A DNA stretch of 64,000 bases from Kofleriaceae bacterium (GTDB taxonomy: Bacteria > Myxococcota_A > Polyangia > Haliangiales > Haliangiaceae), in contig JASGLC010000003.1 of NCBI GenBank assembly GCA_047600425.1, forward strand, positions 5,155,832 through 5,219,831, read 5' to 3'. Below, one piece after another: positions 48,321 to 59,297 of this stretch (the stretch's first letter is position 1; every line of letters begins with the position of its first letter). Made by a program: the position numbers and the translations under genes. Under the pieces are notes generated by a model that was not told where the DNA came from, ran no database searches, and saw only the letters and a program-made list of their open reading frames with translations.

Positions 48321-49076
48321 ATGAATGGTCGGCCGCCGGGTGGTCGCTTTGGTGACCGCCGCCGCCCAGACCAGGGCCTACGCATTAACAATCGAATTCG
48401 CGTCCCCGAAGTTCGAGTGATTGCCGAGGAAGAACAGCTCGGCATCTTGCCCACCCACGAAGCGTTGCGCCTCGCGGAAGAACGCGGCTTGGATCTCGTC
48501 GAGATCAGCCCGCGTGCATTCCCGCCGGTGTGCCGGATCATGGACTACGGCAAGTACAAGTACGAGGAAGCGAAGAAGAAGCAGCAGGCTCGCAAACGCG
48601 CTTCTACCGTCGAGACCAAAGAGATCAAGTTCCGTCCGAAGACGGAAGAACACGACATGGCTTTCAAGGTGAAGCATGTCCGACGCTTCCTCGAGGCCGG
48701 CAACAAGGTGCGCTTGGCCGTCGTGTTCCGTGGTCGCGAGATCACGCACCCGCAGACCGGTATGAACGTGCTCAATCGCATCGTCGAGATGTGCACGGAC
48801 ATCGCCACGGTCGAGGCGACGCCGAACATGGAAGGCCGGCGCATGATCATGGTGATCGCGCCGAAGCCGGGTGTCGTGCGGAAGGCGCAGGAAGCCAAGA
48901 AGGCTCAGGCCGCCGCGCAGCAGGCGCTCGAAGCGCAGAAGAAGAACGCTCCGCCGGGTCAGAAGGCGCCGCCGCCGCCGGAGGATGACGACGACGATCT
49001 CGACGAAGACGAGATCAACGCGGACGTCGACGATGATGATGACGACGCGGACGGCGAAGATCAGCCGCAGGCGTAA
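48321..49076 (+). CDS. infC: Translation initiation factor IF-3 with acidic C-terminal extension (Dsg-like).
   Basis: RINNRIRVPEVRVIAEEEQLGI...LVEISPRAFPPVCRIMDYGKYKYE...EIKFRP...AVVFRGREITHPQTGMNVL aligns with E. coli IF3. ~85 extra C-terminal residues rich in K/A/Q then poly-D/E. Start chosen at ATG 48321 (MNGRPPGG). The ORF track begins 21 codons earlier. IF3 starts are often non-canonical. Confidence 0.85.
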   Translation: MNGRPPGGRFGDRRRPDQGLRINNRIRVPEVRVIAEEEQLGILPTHEALRLAEERGLDLVEISPRAFPPVCRIMDYGKYKYEEAKKKQQARKRASTVETKEIKFRPKTEEHDMAFKVKHVRRFLEAGNKVRLAVVFRGREITHPQTGMNVLNRIVEMCTDIATVEATPNMEGRRMIMVIAPKPGVVRKAQEAKKAQAAAQQALEAQKKNAPPGQKAPPPPEDDDDDLDEDEINADVDDDDDDADGEDQPQA

Positions 49077-49176
49077 GTCTGCGATTGCTGGTCGATCGCG
49101 TTCGAGATTCTGACGAAATCACTTGTCAGGTGGCGTGCCCTCGGGCATAAGGACCACCCGTTTAAGCGGTGTAGCT

Positions 49177-49374
49177 ATGCCCAAGGTCAAGACTCATTCC
49201 GGTGCTAAAAAGCGGTTCAAGAAGACCGCTTCCGGCAAGTTCAAGTTCTCGCGCGTGTTCAAGCGTCACCTCTTGACCGGCCGTAGCAAGAAGCGGAAGC
49301 GCCAGCTCCGCAACGCGTCCTACGTCCCGGCCGCGCACCACCACCAGATCGATATCCTGCTTCCGTACGCCTAA
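49177..49374 (+). CDS. rpmI: 50S ribosomal protein L35.
   Basis: [33 protein letters not shown]. 65 aa. Confidence 0.9.
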   Translation: MPKVKTHSGAKKRFKKTASGKFKFSRVFKRHLLTGRSKKRKRQLRNASYVPAAHHHQIDILLPYA

Positions 49375-49385
49375 AGGAACGAAGT

Positions 49386-49724
49386 ATGCCTCGCGCAAAA
49401 CGTGGATTTAAAGCTCGTCGTCGCCGGAACCGCCTGCTCAAGTGGGCCAAGGGTTTCCGCGGCAAGCGTTCTTCGGCGCATGCGGTCGCGAACGAAGCGG
49501 TGCAGCACGCGTGGCTGCACATGTACGACTCGCGCAAGCAGCGCAAGCGGGACTTCCGTGCACTCTGGATCCAGCGCATCAACGCCGCGGCGCGTGCGCA
49601 TGGCATCAGCTACTCGAAGCTGATCGGTGCGCTCAACAAGGCGTCGATCGGTCTCAACCGCAAGATGCTCGCCGAGATCGCGATCAGCGACCCGGTGGCG
49701 TTTAAGGCGATCGTCAGCGCGTAG
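49386..49724 (+). CDS. rplT: 50S ribosomal protein L20.
   Basis: MPRAKRGFKARRRRNRLLKWAKGFRGKRS. AAAGGAA RBS. 112 aa. Confidence 0.95.
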   Translation: MPRAKRGFKARRRRNRLLKWAKGFRGKRSSAHAVANEAVQHAWLHMYDSRKQRKRDFRALWIQRINAAARAHGISYSKLIGALNKASIGLNRKMLAEIAISDPVAFKAIVSA

Positions 49725-49747
49725 CCTGCCGATTTGATCTTTCTTGA

Positions 49748-49778
49748 ACGGCGGCTTCGCGAGGAGCCGCCGTTTTTG
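49748..49778 (+). terminator. Rho-independent terminator or attenuator between rplT and pheS.
   Basis: ACGGCGGCT-tcgcgagg-AGCCGCCGT stem followed by TTTTTG. 15 nt before the pheS ATG. Confidence 0.55.
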
Positions 49779-49792
49779 CGTTTGGAGCATTC

Positions 49793-50814
49793 ATGTCTGA
49801 GCTGATCTCGAATCTCGAAAAGCTAGGCGACGAATTCGGCGCCGTGATCGCACCACTCGCCGACGAACAGGCGATCCGCGCCGCGCAGGCGCAGTTCCTC
49901 GGCAAGAAGGGCAAAGTCTCGGAGCTCATGAAGGAGCTGTCGAAGCTGCCTCCCGCGGATCGTCCCGCGGCCGGTGCGGCGGCGAATAAGGTGAAGACCG
50001 CGATCGAGCAACTGACCGATGCGCGCTTGAAGGAGCTCTCCGACGCGGTCGCCGCGAAGGATCTCCAGCGCGTCGTCGACATCACGTTGCCGGCACAGCC
50101 GATCGCCGGTGGCCACCTCCATATCCTCACGCAGGTGCGGATGGAGATGACCCAGATCTTCGCCGAGCTCGGCTTCGTCGTCGCGGAAGGTCCGCAAATC
50201 GAGACCGACTGGAACACGTTCGAAGCGCTCGCGATCCCGAAGGATCATCCCGCGCGCGACATGCAGGACACGTTCTACATCTCGAACGACATCGTGTTGC
50301 GCACGCACACGTCGCCGGTCCAGGTCCGGACGATGCTCACGCAGGAGCCGCCGATCCGGATCATCGCGCCGGGGCACGTCTACCGTCGCGATGACGATCT
50401 CACGCACTCGCCGATGTTCACGCAGCTCGAGGGGCTCGTCGTCGACACCGACGTGTCGTTCGGCGATCTCAAGGGCACGCTGCTCCACTTCGTGAAGCGG
50501 TTCTTCCAGCGCGATCTCGACGTCCGGTTGCGGCCGAGCTACTTCCCGTTCGTCGAGCCGGGCGCCGAAGTCGATATGCAGTGCAGCTTCTGCGGCGGCT
50601 CGGGCTGCCGCGTGTGCAAGCACACCGGCTGGGTCGAGATCGGTGGCTCGGGCATGGTCGATCCCGAAGTGTTCCAACACTGCCGGATCGATCCCGAGCG
50701 CTACACCGGCTTCGCGTTCGGCATGGGCATCGAGCGCATGGCGATGCTCAAGCACAACATCAACGACATCAAGTTCTACTACGAAGGTGATCTCCGCTTC
50801 GGGGAGCAGTTCTG

Positions 50815-50815
<1 letters not shown>
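49793..50815 (+). CDS. pheS: Phenylalanine--tRNA ligase alpha subunit.
   Basis: Class II motifs. ...FPFVEPGAEVDMQC...GWVEIGGSGMVDPEVF...FAFGMGIERMAML. 340 aa. Confidence 0.95.
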
Positions 50816-53252
<2,437 letters not shown>

Positions 53253-53256
<4 letters not shown>

Positions 53257-54838
53257 CGGCGACGCAGGTGAGGCGGCAGCAACTCGGTGAGCTTGCGCCC
53301 CGTGGCGAGCGAGCCGAAGTCGCCGTCTGCATCGATGCACGCATCAAGGACGTCGGCCAGAGTGCCTGCGAGCACGGTCACGCTGTCGAACGTGTCGAGA
53401 CACACCGCATCGCTACCTTGCAGCCGAATCGGCTCGGACGACGGGGCTGCGTGCTCGACGCGGCAGACCACGCAGATGTGCGAGTCGTTGCAGTGATCGA
53501 TGACGACGCACAGCATGCGACCATCGGCGAAGTCGGCAATCCCCTCGACTTGATAGAACTGCATGCTGTTGGCGAGCTTTACTCGGACACGCGCGTCCCC
53601 CGCGCGGAACGTCAAGAACGGTTCTTTGCGAGACGAGCTCCGAACGAGCGTCGCGGCTTCGAAGCGCGAATCGAACGCGACGATTTCGGCGATGCCGCCG
53701 CGATAGCGCCAGCGTTCCGCTTGGCCGGCGGGGGCAGGGACGCGCTTGACCACGACATGATCGCGTTCGATCCGGTCGAGCACGTCGGAGATCTGCGCGC
53801 GGCCGGGTTCGATGCTCCAGCCCGCGATCGGTCGTAGCGCACCATCCGCATCCTGCGCGACGGCGAAGACACCCGCGACTAGATCGATCTTCGTATACTC
53901 GTGTGTTGTGCGATCGACGACGTTCAAGACCACGCGCGACAGCGTTGCTGGGATCGATCGCGACGACAGGCCGGGCCCCGTGTACTGCTGACCCTTGACC
54001 TTCGTGATGTTCTTCGGCTCGTCGATCGGGAGGTCGAGCATCGGATTCGGATGCCGGATCCCTTCAATATTCTTCAGGTATGGGAAGAACCGCGTGACCC
54101 AGCCCGTGACGATCGCGCCGCCGTACGCGTCGATCGGATTGTAGATCCGCTTCCAAACGCGACGTCGACATCGCCGGCGGCAGCGCGCACGAACTGATCC
54201 ACGATCGGACGCAGCGATTTACACCAGTGCTCGAGATCGAGCTCGCCGATCACGTCGATGCGCTCGCGAATCGCTTTCCAATCCTCGACGGTTCCGGTGA
54301 CCGTGATCGATGGAATCCCGCACACACCGCCGGCCCAATACGAAAAATAAGGCGCGTAGACATCCATCAGTACGATCTGACTCGCGATCAGATCGGTCTC
54401 GCTGCTCGTCGAGAAATTGCATTCGAACAACCGCGCTCGGCCATCGCCGATTTCGTGGCGCAACAAGTCGCGCAGACCGCCAACCGTGCTTGCCCACTCC
54501 GGTGCAGTGTCCGGAATCTTGGGGACGGTCAGCTCGAGCTTCTTCTTGCCATCGTGGCGCACGAGGCGCGTCCGCAGCGTGTCGCGGTGAATCCGTACGT
54601 GACGTGCGACGCCTTGCGCGATCGTCAGCCACACCGCATCCGGCGACAGCACCAAATGGCGATGGTCCGCGAACGCCCGCTGCACCGCCGCGAACAACGG
54701 GTGGACGTCGCGGTGATCGATGACCGCGAGCTCTGGATCTCCACCGATCGCGAGCGCGGCCGGAGCGAGCTCGCGCAACAGCTTCGTGGGCAGCCGTTCC
54801 TGCGCCAACTCGACCTCGTCCACCGCGAACCGCCTCAT
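53253..54838 (-). pseudogene. Hypothetical ~520-aa protein gene split by an apparent single-nucleotide frameshift near 54160-54180.
   Basis: ORF 54074..54838 is protein-like up to ...QFVRAAAGDVDVAF, then becomes S/R/T/G-rich junk. The alternative frame reads RIYNPIDAYGGAIVTGWVTRFFPYLKNIEGIRHPNPMLDLPIDEP... and runs without a stop into ORF 53253..54041, whose listed Met is internal. Confidence 0.5.
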
Positions 54839-54848
54839 GTCCGCAAGC

Positions 54849-55220
54849 CTAGCGCTTTCGAGGCCGCGGCCGGGGCTTCGCTGGTTTCTTCTTCACCTTC
54901 TTAACAGTGGCGACAAACTCCCGCGCCTGCGTCGACCACGCAGCGACGGCGTCGTCGGTCTTCGTTCCCTTCGGGCCGACGAACACGTACCCGACCATCG
55001 GCTTGCCCGTGAAGTCCATCGGCCGGACGTTCGGCTTCGCGAGCGAGGCCGCGTGAGCCTCGGGCCCGACGCGCACCATCAAGTCGTTGTCGGCGACGCC
55101 GATGAACATCTTGCCGTCGAACAGGAACGCGATGCCGCCGAACATCTTCTTCTCGGTGATCGATGAATCCGGCGGCAGGCCACGGCGAATGCGGGCGGCG
55201 AGAGCTTCGTTGTAGGCCAT
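54849..55220 (-). CDS. TfoX/Sxy N-terminal-domain protein.
   Basis: MAYNEALAARIRRGLPPDSSITEKKMFGGIAFLFDGKMFIGVADNDLMVRVGPE is the typical TfoX_N motif (KxMFGGxxxxxxGxMF). Lys/Pro-rich C-terminal tail. ATG 55220 overlaps the upstream stop (TGATG). Confidence 0.7.
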   Translation of the reverse strand: MAYNEALAARIRRGLPPDSSITEKKMFGGIAFLFDGKMFIGVADNDLMVRVGPEAHAASLAKPNVRPMDFTGKPMVGYVFVGPKGTKTDDAVAAWSTQAREFVATVKKVKKKPAKPRPRPRKR

Positions 55221-56362
55221 CACGACTCCAATCGGCGACGCAGCACGGTTCGAATCGCGTCGGTCGGTGCCAAATCTAACGCGCGAGCACGGTGTTGCGC
55301 CGCGAGCTGCTCGTGGCCGGCGCGGCGATGCAGATCCGCGAGCACTGCGTCCCACATATACGAATCGGCGAGCCACGATGGCGGCGCTTCACCGCTTGCC
55401 TCGATCGTTGCGAGCGCGGCGTCGGGGCCGTGAAGCTCGGCGATCGCGACGGAGCGATTCAAGCGATGGAGCGGCGAGGGCACGACTCGATCGAGCAGGT
55501 CGTAGAGCTCGACGATCTGGTCCCACCGTGTTTCGGCAAACGATGGTGCGAAGCAATGCGCGGCCGCGATGCCGGCTTCCGCGTGAAACCGGCTGAGCTC
55601 GTTGCCCGTCGCGGATCGCGCGAGCCATGCCGCGCCGGCTTGCAGATGCTCGGGCTCCCACTGCGAACGATCTTGTTCCTCGAGCAGTAGCAAGCCGCCG
55701 GTCGCGTCGACCCGCGCGCCGAGCCGCGCGACATGCAAATGCATCAGCGCGAGCAATGCGAACGTCGTCGGTGTCGCGCCGACCGAATGGTCCGCGAGCA
55801 GGGTGGCAAGCCGGATCGCTTCGTCGCACAGCTCGCGGCGGATCGCGTGCTCGGCATGCGTCGAGAGATAGCCTTCCGCGAACAACACGTAGAGCACGCC
55901 GTGCACCGCCGGTGCGCGCGGCGCGAGGTCTGCGGGTGGTTCGAGCGTTGCGTGATCGCGCAGCTTCTCTCGCGCGCGAGCGAGGCGTTTGTGGACGTTC
56001 GCTTCGGTCGTGAATAACCGTTGCGCGATTTCATCCGTCGAGAATCCGCACAGCGTCTTCAACGCGAGCACGAGCTGCGACTCGCGCGGAATGTCGTCGT
56101 CGCAACATACGAACAGCATGCGCAGGAGGTCATCTTCGATCTCGGCGGCAAACCGCGGCTCGTCGGCGACGCCATCGGCATCGGTCGCGACGGCCGCGGC
56201 GAGGATCGCGCTGCGCGTTGCGCGTTGGCGAAGCTCCCCGATCAAGTGGTTGCTCGCAACGCGGTACAGCCATCCCGTCGGATTCGCGGGCTCGCCGCCG
56301 GTGGTCCACGTCGCGAGCGCGGTTTCGAACGCGGCCTGGACCGCATCTTCGACGAGCTCCAA
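55220..56362 (-). CDS. ECF sigma factor with large C-terminal extension (SigJ/ECF41/56-like). The true start is probably upstream, possibly CTG at 56437.
   Basis: Region 2 VEDAVQAAFETALATW...PTGWLYRVASNHLIGELR. Region 4 ALKTLCGFSTDEIAQRLFTTEANVHKRLARAR. ~200-aa C-terminal helical domain. In frame upstream of the listed TTG start, the sequence LTGDRFRHDYAKLVATLVRRVGVDR is a typical region 2.1 with no ATG/GTG/TTG. The CTG at 56437-56435 overlaps the YciI-like stop (CTGA). Confidence 0.65.
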   Translation of the reverse strand: MELVEDAVQAAFETALATWTTGGEPANPTGWLYRVASNHLIGELRQRATRSAILAAAVATDADGVADEPRFAAEIEDDLLRMLFVCCDDDIPRESQLVLALKTLCGFSTDEIAQRLFTTEANVHKRLARAREKLRDHATLEPPADLAPRAPAVHGVLYVLFAEGYLSTHAEHAIRRELCDEAIRLATLLADHSVGATPTTFALLALMHLHVARLGARVDATGGLLLLEEQDRSQWEPEHLQAGAAWLARSATGNELSRFHAEAGIAAAHCFAPSFAETRWDQIVELYDLLDRVVPSPLHRLNRSVAIAELHGPDAALATIEASGEAPPSWLADSYMWDAVLADLHRRAGHEQLAAQHRARALDLAPTDAIRTVLRRRLES

Positions 56363-56433
56363 CCGATCGACGCCGACGCGCCGGACGAGCGTCGCGACGA
56401 GCTTCGCGTAATCGTGCCGAAACCGATCGCCGG

Positions 56434-56769
56434 TCAGGGGGCCGCGATTTCTCGAACCTCGCAGCTCGATCCGGGCGTGATCATTCCGGGGCAGCCGCGC
56501 GCGATTTCGATCGCCGCGTCGTAGTTGGCCACGTCGACGATCATGTAGCCGCCGATGATCTCTTTCACTTCGACGAATGGTCCGTCGGTCACGCCGTCGG
56601 TGCCGACGCGCTTACCGCCTTGCAACCGGCCGCCGAGATCGACGATCTGATCTTTGAACCGGTCCTTCCACGCGTTGAACGCGGCGTACATCTCCTGCAT
56701 CTGCGCAGGCGAGGGTGGGGTCTGGCGCGGTCCCGGGGCACTGCGTTGCAGCAATAGATACTTGGGCAT
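56434..56769 (-). CDS. YciI-like (YCII-related / DGPF-type) small protein.
   Basis: MPKYLLLQRSAPG...MQEMYAAFNAWKDRFKDQIVDLGGRLQ...GPFVEVKEIIGGYMIVDVANYDAAIEIARGCP. 111 aa. Lies immediately upstream of the ECF sigma. Confidence 0.65.
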   Translation of the reverse strand: MPKYLLLQRSAPGPRQTPPSPAQMQEMYAAFNAWKDRFKDQIVDLGGRLQGGKRVGTDGVTDGPFVEVKEIIGGYMIVDVANYDAAIEIARGCPGMITPGSSCEVREIAAP

Positions 56770-56818
56770 CGGGTCTCCTTCGCATCATAGACGCGCGACC
56801 CCAGCGCATTTGGACACT

Positions 56819-57727
56819 CTAGATGTCGATGACGATTTTGCCCTTCGCGTGCCGGCCCGCCTGGAGCTCGGCGGCCGCGCGGATCTGGTCGAGCGGAAAC
56901 CGGGCCGCGATCGGGACGCGTAGCTTGCCCTCCGCCACGAGGCTCGCAAGCTTCTCCAACGCACCAGGCGCCGCGTTCGCGCCGTTCGAGGGCGTGATGC
57001 CTTCGATCACGGCGGCGATCGTGGTGATGCGACGGTCGGGAACGCCGAGCGCTCGTGCGGCGAGGGCGGTCTCCGTCCCGTAGAGATCGAGTGCGGCGGT
57101 GATGCCGAGCGAGCGCACGCGATCGACGAGCCCATCGCCGTATGCGATCGGTTCGGCGCCGAGCTCGCGTAGAAACTCCGCGGATGCCGGCGAGCCCGTG
57201 CCGATCACGCGTGCGCCCGCGAGTCGCGCGAGCTGGACCGCAAACACGCCGACACCACCGGCGGCGCCACCGATCAGCACGGTATCCGTCGGTCCGAGCG
57301 TCACGACGTCGAGCGCCGCGCAGGCCGTTCGTCCGGCGATCGTCAGCGTTGCGGCAACGTGATCGTCGACGCCTGCGGGCGTGTGATGGATCTCGTTCGC
57401 GGCAATCCCTTTCGTGTCGACGACGACCATCTCCGCGACCGCGCGCGACAATGCGCCACCGAACACGCGGTCGCCGGGCGTAAAGTCCGTGACGCCGTCA
57501 CCGACCTGTTCGACAACGCCGGCGTAATCTGTTCCGAAGCCGGCCGGCAAGCTCAAGCCGAACCGACCTGCGGTCGTCGCGTCCGAAAGCATGAACCAGT
57601 CCATCGGGTTCAGGCCGGCGGCGGTCACGCGAACCCGAACCTGGCCGGGCCCGGCCACCGGATCGGGCATCTCACCGATCGTGAGGACATCGGGACCACC
57701 GAACGTGTCGAGGCGAGCTGCGCGCAT
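56819..57727 (-). CDS. Zinc-independent MDR-family NADPH:quinone oxidoreductase-like protein.
   Basis: Start at ATG 57727 (MRAARLDTFGGPDVLTIGEMPDPVAGPGQVRVRVTAAGLNPMD). Rossmann LIGGAAGGVGVFAVQLARLAG. 302 aa. Confidence 0.75.
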   Translation of the reverse strand: MRAARLDTFGGPDVLTIGEMPDPVAGPGQVRVRVTAAGLNPMDWFMLSDATTAGRFGLSLPAGFGTDYAGVVEQVGDGVTDFTPGDRVFGGALSRAVAEMVVVDTKGIAANEIHHTPAGVDDHVAATLTIAGRTACAALDVVTLGPTDTVLIGGAAGGVGVFAVQLARLAGARVIGTGSPASAEFLRELGAEPIAYGDGLVDRVRSLGITAALDLYGTETALAARALGVPDRRITTIAAVIEGITPSNGANAAPGALEKLASLVAEGKLRVPIAARFPLDQIRAAAELQAGRHAKGKIVIDI

Positions 57728-57751
57728 TTCCTGGATCTCCTGAAACGGACT

Positions 57752-58354
57752 ATGCTCCGTTTCGGTGAACCTACCACAAACGGAGCGCGTTCCGGTTTGA
57801 CCCGATCGGACGCTACCCGCAACCGCGGTCAACTGCTCGCCGTCGCTACGCGGGCGTTCGCGTCGGCCAAAGCCGAGCCGTCGATGCGCGAGATCGCGCG
57901 CCGTGCGAAGGTCGGTATCGGCACGCTCTATCGTCACTTTCCGACGAAAGAATCACTCGTCGATGCCGTCTACCAAGATCAGGTCGTGCGCCTCACGACC
58001 GGTGCAACCAAGCTGCTCGCCACGCATCCGCCGTCCGTGGCGATGCGGCGCTGGATGGACCTGTTCGGTGACTGGATCGCGACGAAGAACGGCATGCTCG
58101 ACACGCTGCTCGCGATGATCGATGCCGGCGAGATCGAGCACGGCGACACCCGCGGCGAGTTACTCGCGGCGATCACCACGATCCTCGATGCGGGCCGCGC
58201 GAAGAAGCAGCTACGCCGCGACACGTCGGCCGAAGATATCGCCGCGAGCCTGATCGGCATCTTCACGGTCGCGCCGAAGCCTCAGCGCAAAGCGCTCGCG
58301 AAACGCCTGCTCGATCTATTGATGGACGGTCTTCGGACAGCGCCAAAACGCTAA
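57752..58354 (+). CDS. TetR-family transcriptional regulator (divergent from the oxidoreductase).
   Basis: Start at ATG 57752. HTH LLAVATRAFASAKAEPSMREIARRAKVGIGTLYRHFPTKESL. 200 aa. 24-bp divergent intergenic region. Confidence 0.8.
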   Translation: MLRFGEPTTNGARSGLTRSDATRNRGQLLAVATRAFASAKAEPSMREIARRAKVGIGTLYRHFPTKESLVDAVYQDQVVRLTTGATKLLATHPPSVAMRRWMDLFGDWIATKNGMLDTLLAMIDAGEIEHGDTRGELLAAITTILDAGRAKKQLRRDTSAEDIAASLIGIFTVAPKPQRKALAKRLLDLLMDGLRTAPKR

Positions 58355-58364
58355 GAGTGTCGGA

Positions 58365-59230
58365 CCGACGTTCGAATTGTTAGTAACGCGCTGATCGTAC
58401 GACCCGATCTGAGTTGTCGTTCGAATTGTTAGCAACGTGCTGATCGCACGACCCGATCTGAGTTGTCGTTCGAATTGTTAGTAACGCGCTGATCGTACGA
58501 CCCGATCTGAGTTGTCGTTCGAATTGTTAGTAACGCGCTGATCGTACGACCCGATCTGAGTTGTCGTTCGAATTGTTAGTAACGCGCTGAACACACGACC
58601 CGAGTTGTCGTTCGAATTGTTGGTAACGCGCTGAGCGCTGACCTTCCGGGGCCTTCGCACGTGGGCGTTAGTAACAATTCGAGCGCGTCTTCCGGCGGGG
58701 CCTTTGGGCGTTACGAACAATTCGAACAGCACCACCGGGAAGGTGGCCGCGATCGGGCGTTACGAACAATTCGAACGCGTCTCCGGTGGGGCCTTCGCAC
58801 GTGGGCGTTACTAACAATTCGAACGCGTCTTCCGGCGGCCTTTTGGCTTCTTCGAACGTGTCTTCGGCTTTCGCACGTGGGCGTTACGAACAATTCGAAC
58901 GGGTCTTCCGCGAGGCCTTCGGACGTGGGCGTTACTAACAATTCGAACGTGTCTTCGGCTTTCGCAGGTGGGCGTTACTAACAATTCGAACGCGTCTTCC
59001 GGCGGGGCCTTTGGGCGTTACGAACAATTCGAACGGCACCACCGGGAAGGTGGCCGCGATCGGGCGTTACGAACAATTCGAACGCGTCTTCCGGCGGGGC
59101 CTTCGCACGTGGGGCGTTAGTAACAATTCGAACGCGTCTTCCGGCGGGGCCTTCGCACGTGGGCGTTACGAACAATTCGAACGCGTCTTCCGGCGAGGCC
59201 TTTGGGCGTTACGAACAATTCGAACGGGAA
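58365..59230. repeat. Non-coding bipartite tandem-repeat array: six ~49-nt units containing the core GTTCGAATTGTT(A/C)GTAACGC, then twelve ~43-52-nt units containing its reverse complement GCGTTA(C/G)(G/T)AACAATTCGAAC.
   Basis: Left block 58368-58640: units at 58371, 58420, 58469, 58518, 58567, 58611, each with a GATCG...CGATC hairpin-capable linker. Right block 58660-59229: cores at ~58666, 58709, 58757, 58805, 58880, 58929, 58973, 59016, 59065, 59115, 59164, 59207. These are separated by a few recurring GC-rich linkers (gcgtcttccggcggggcctttggg, agcaccaccgggaaggtggccgcgatcggg, gcgtct(t)ccgg(c/t)ggggccttcgcacgtggg). The ORFs predicted across it are frame artefacts of the repeat. Confidence 0.9.
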
Positions 59231-59297
59231 AGGCATCTGTCCGAATCTCGGACGCGGTGCGGACGACAGTGTCAGAGTGCAAGCGTAGCGATAGAGC

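Noticed and set aside
58365-59230. CRISPR array hypothesis for the repeat locus.
   Set aside because: The sequences between the 22-bp cores are not unique spacers; a handful of linker variants recur many times. The array also switches orientation midway, and there are no cas genes in the window.
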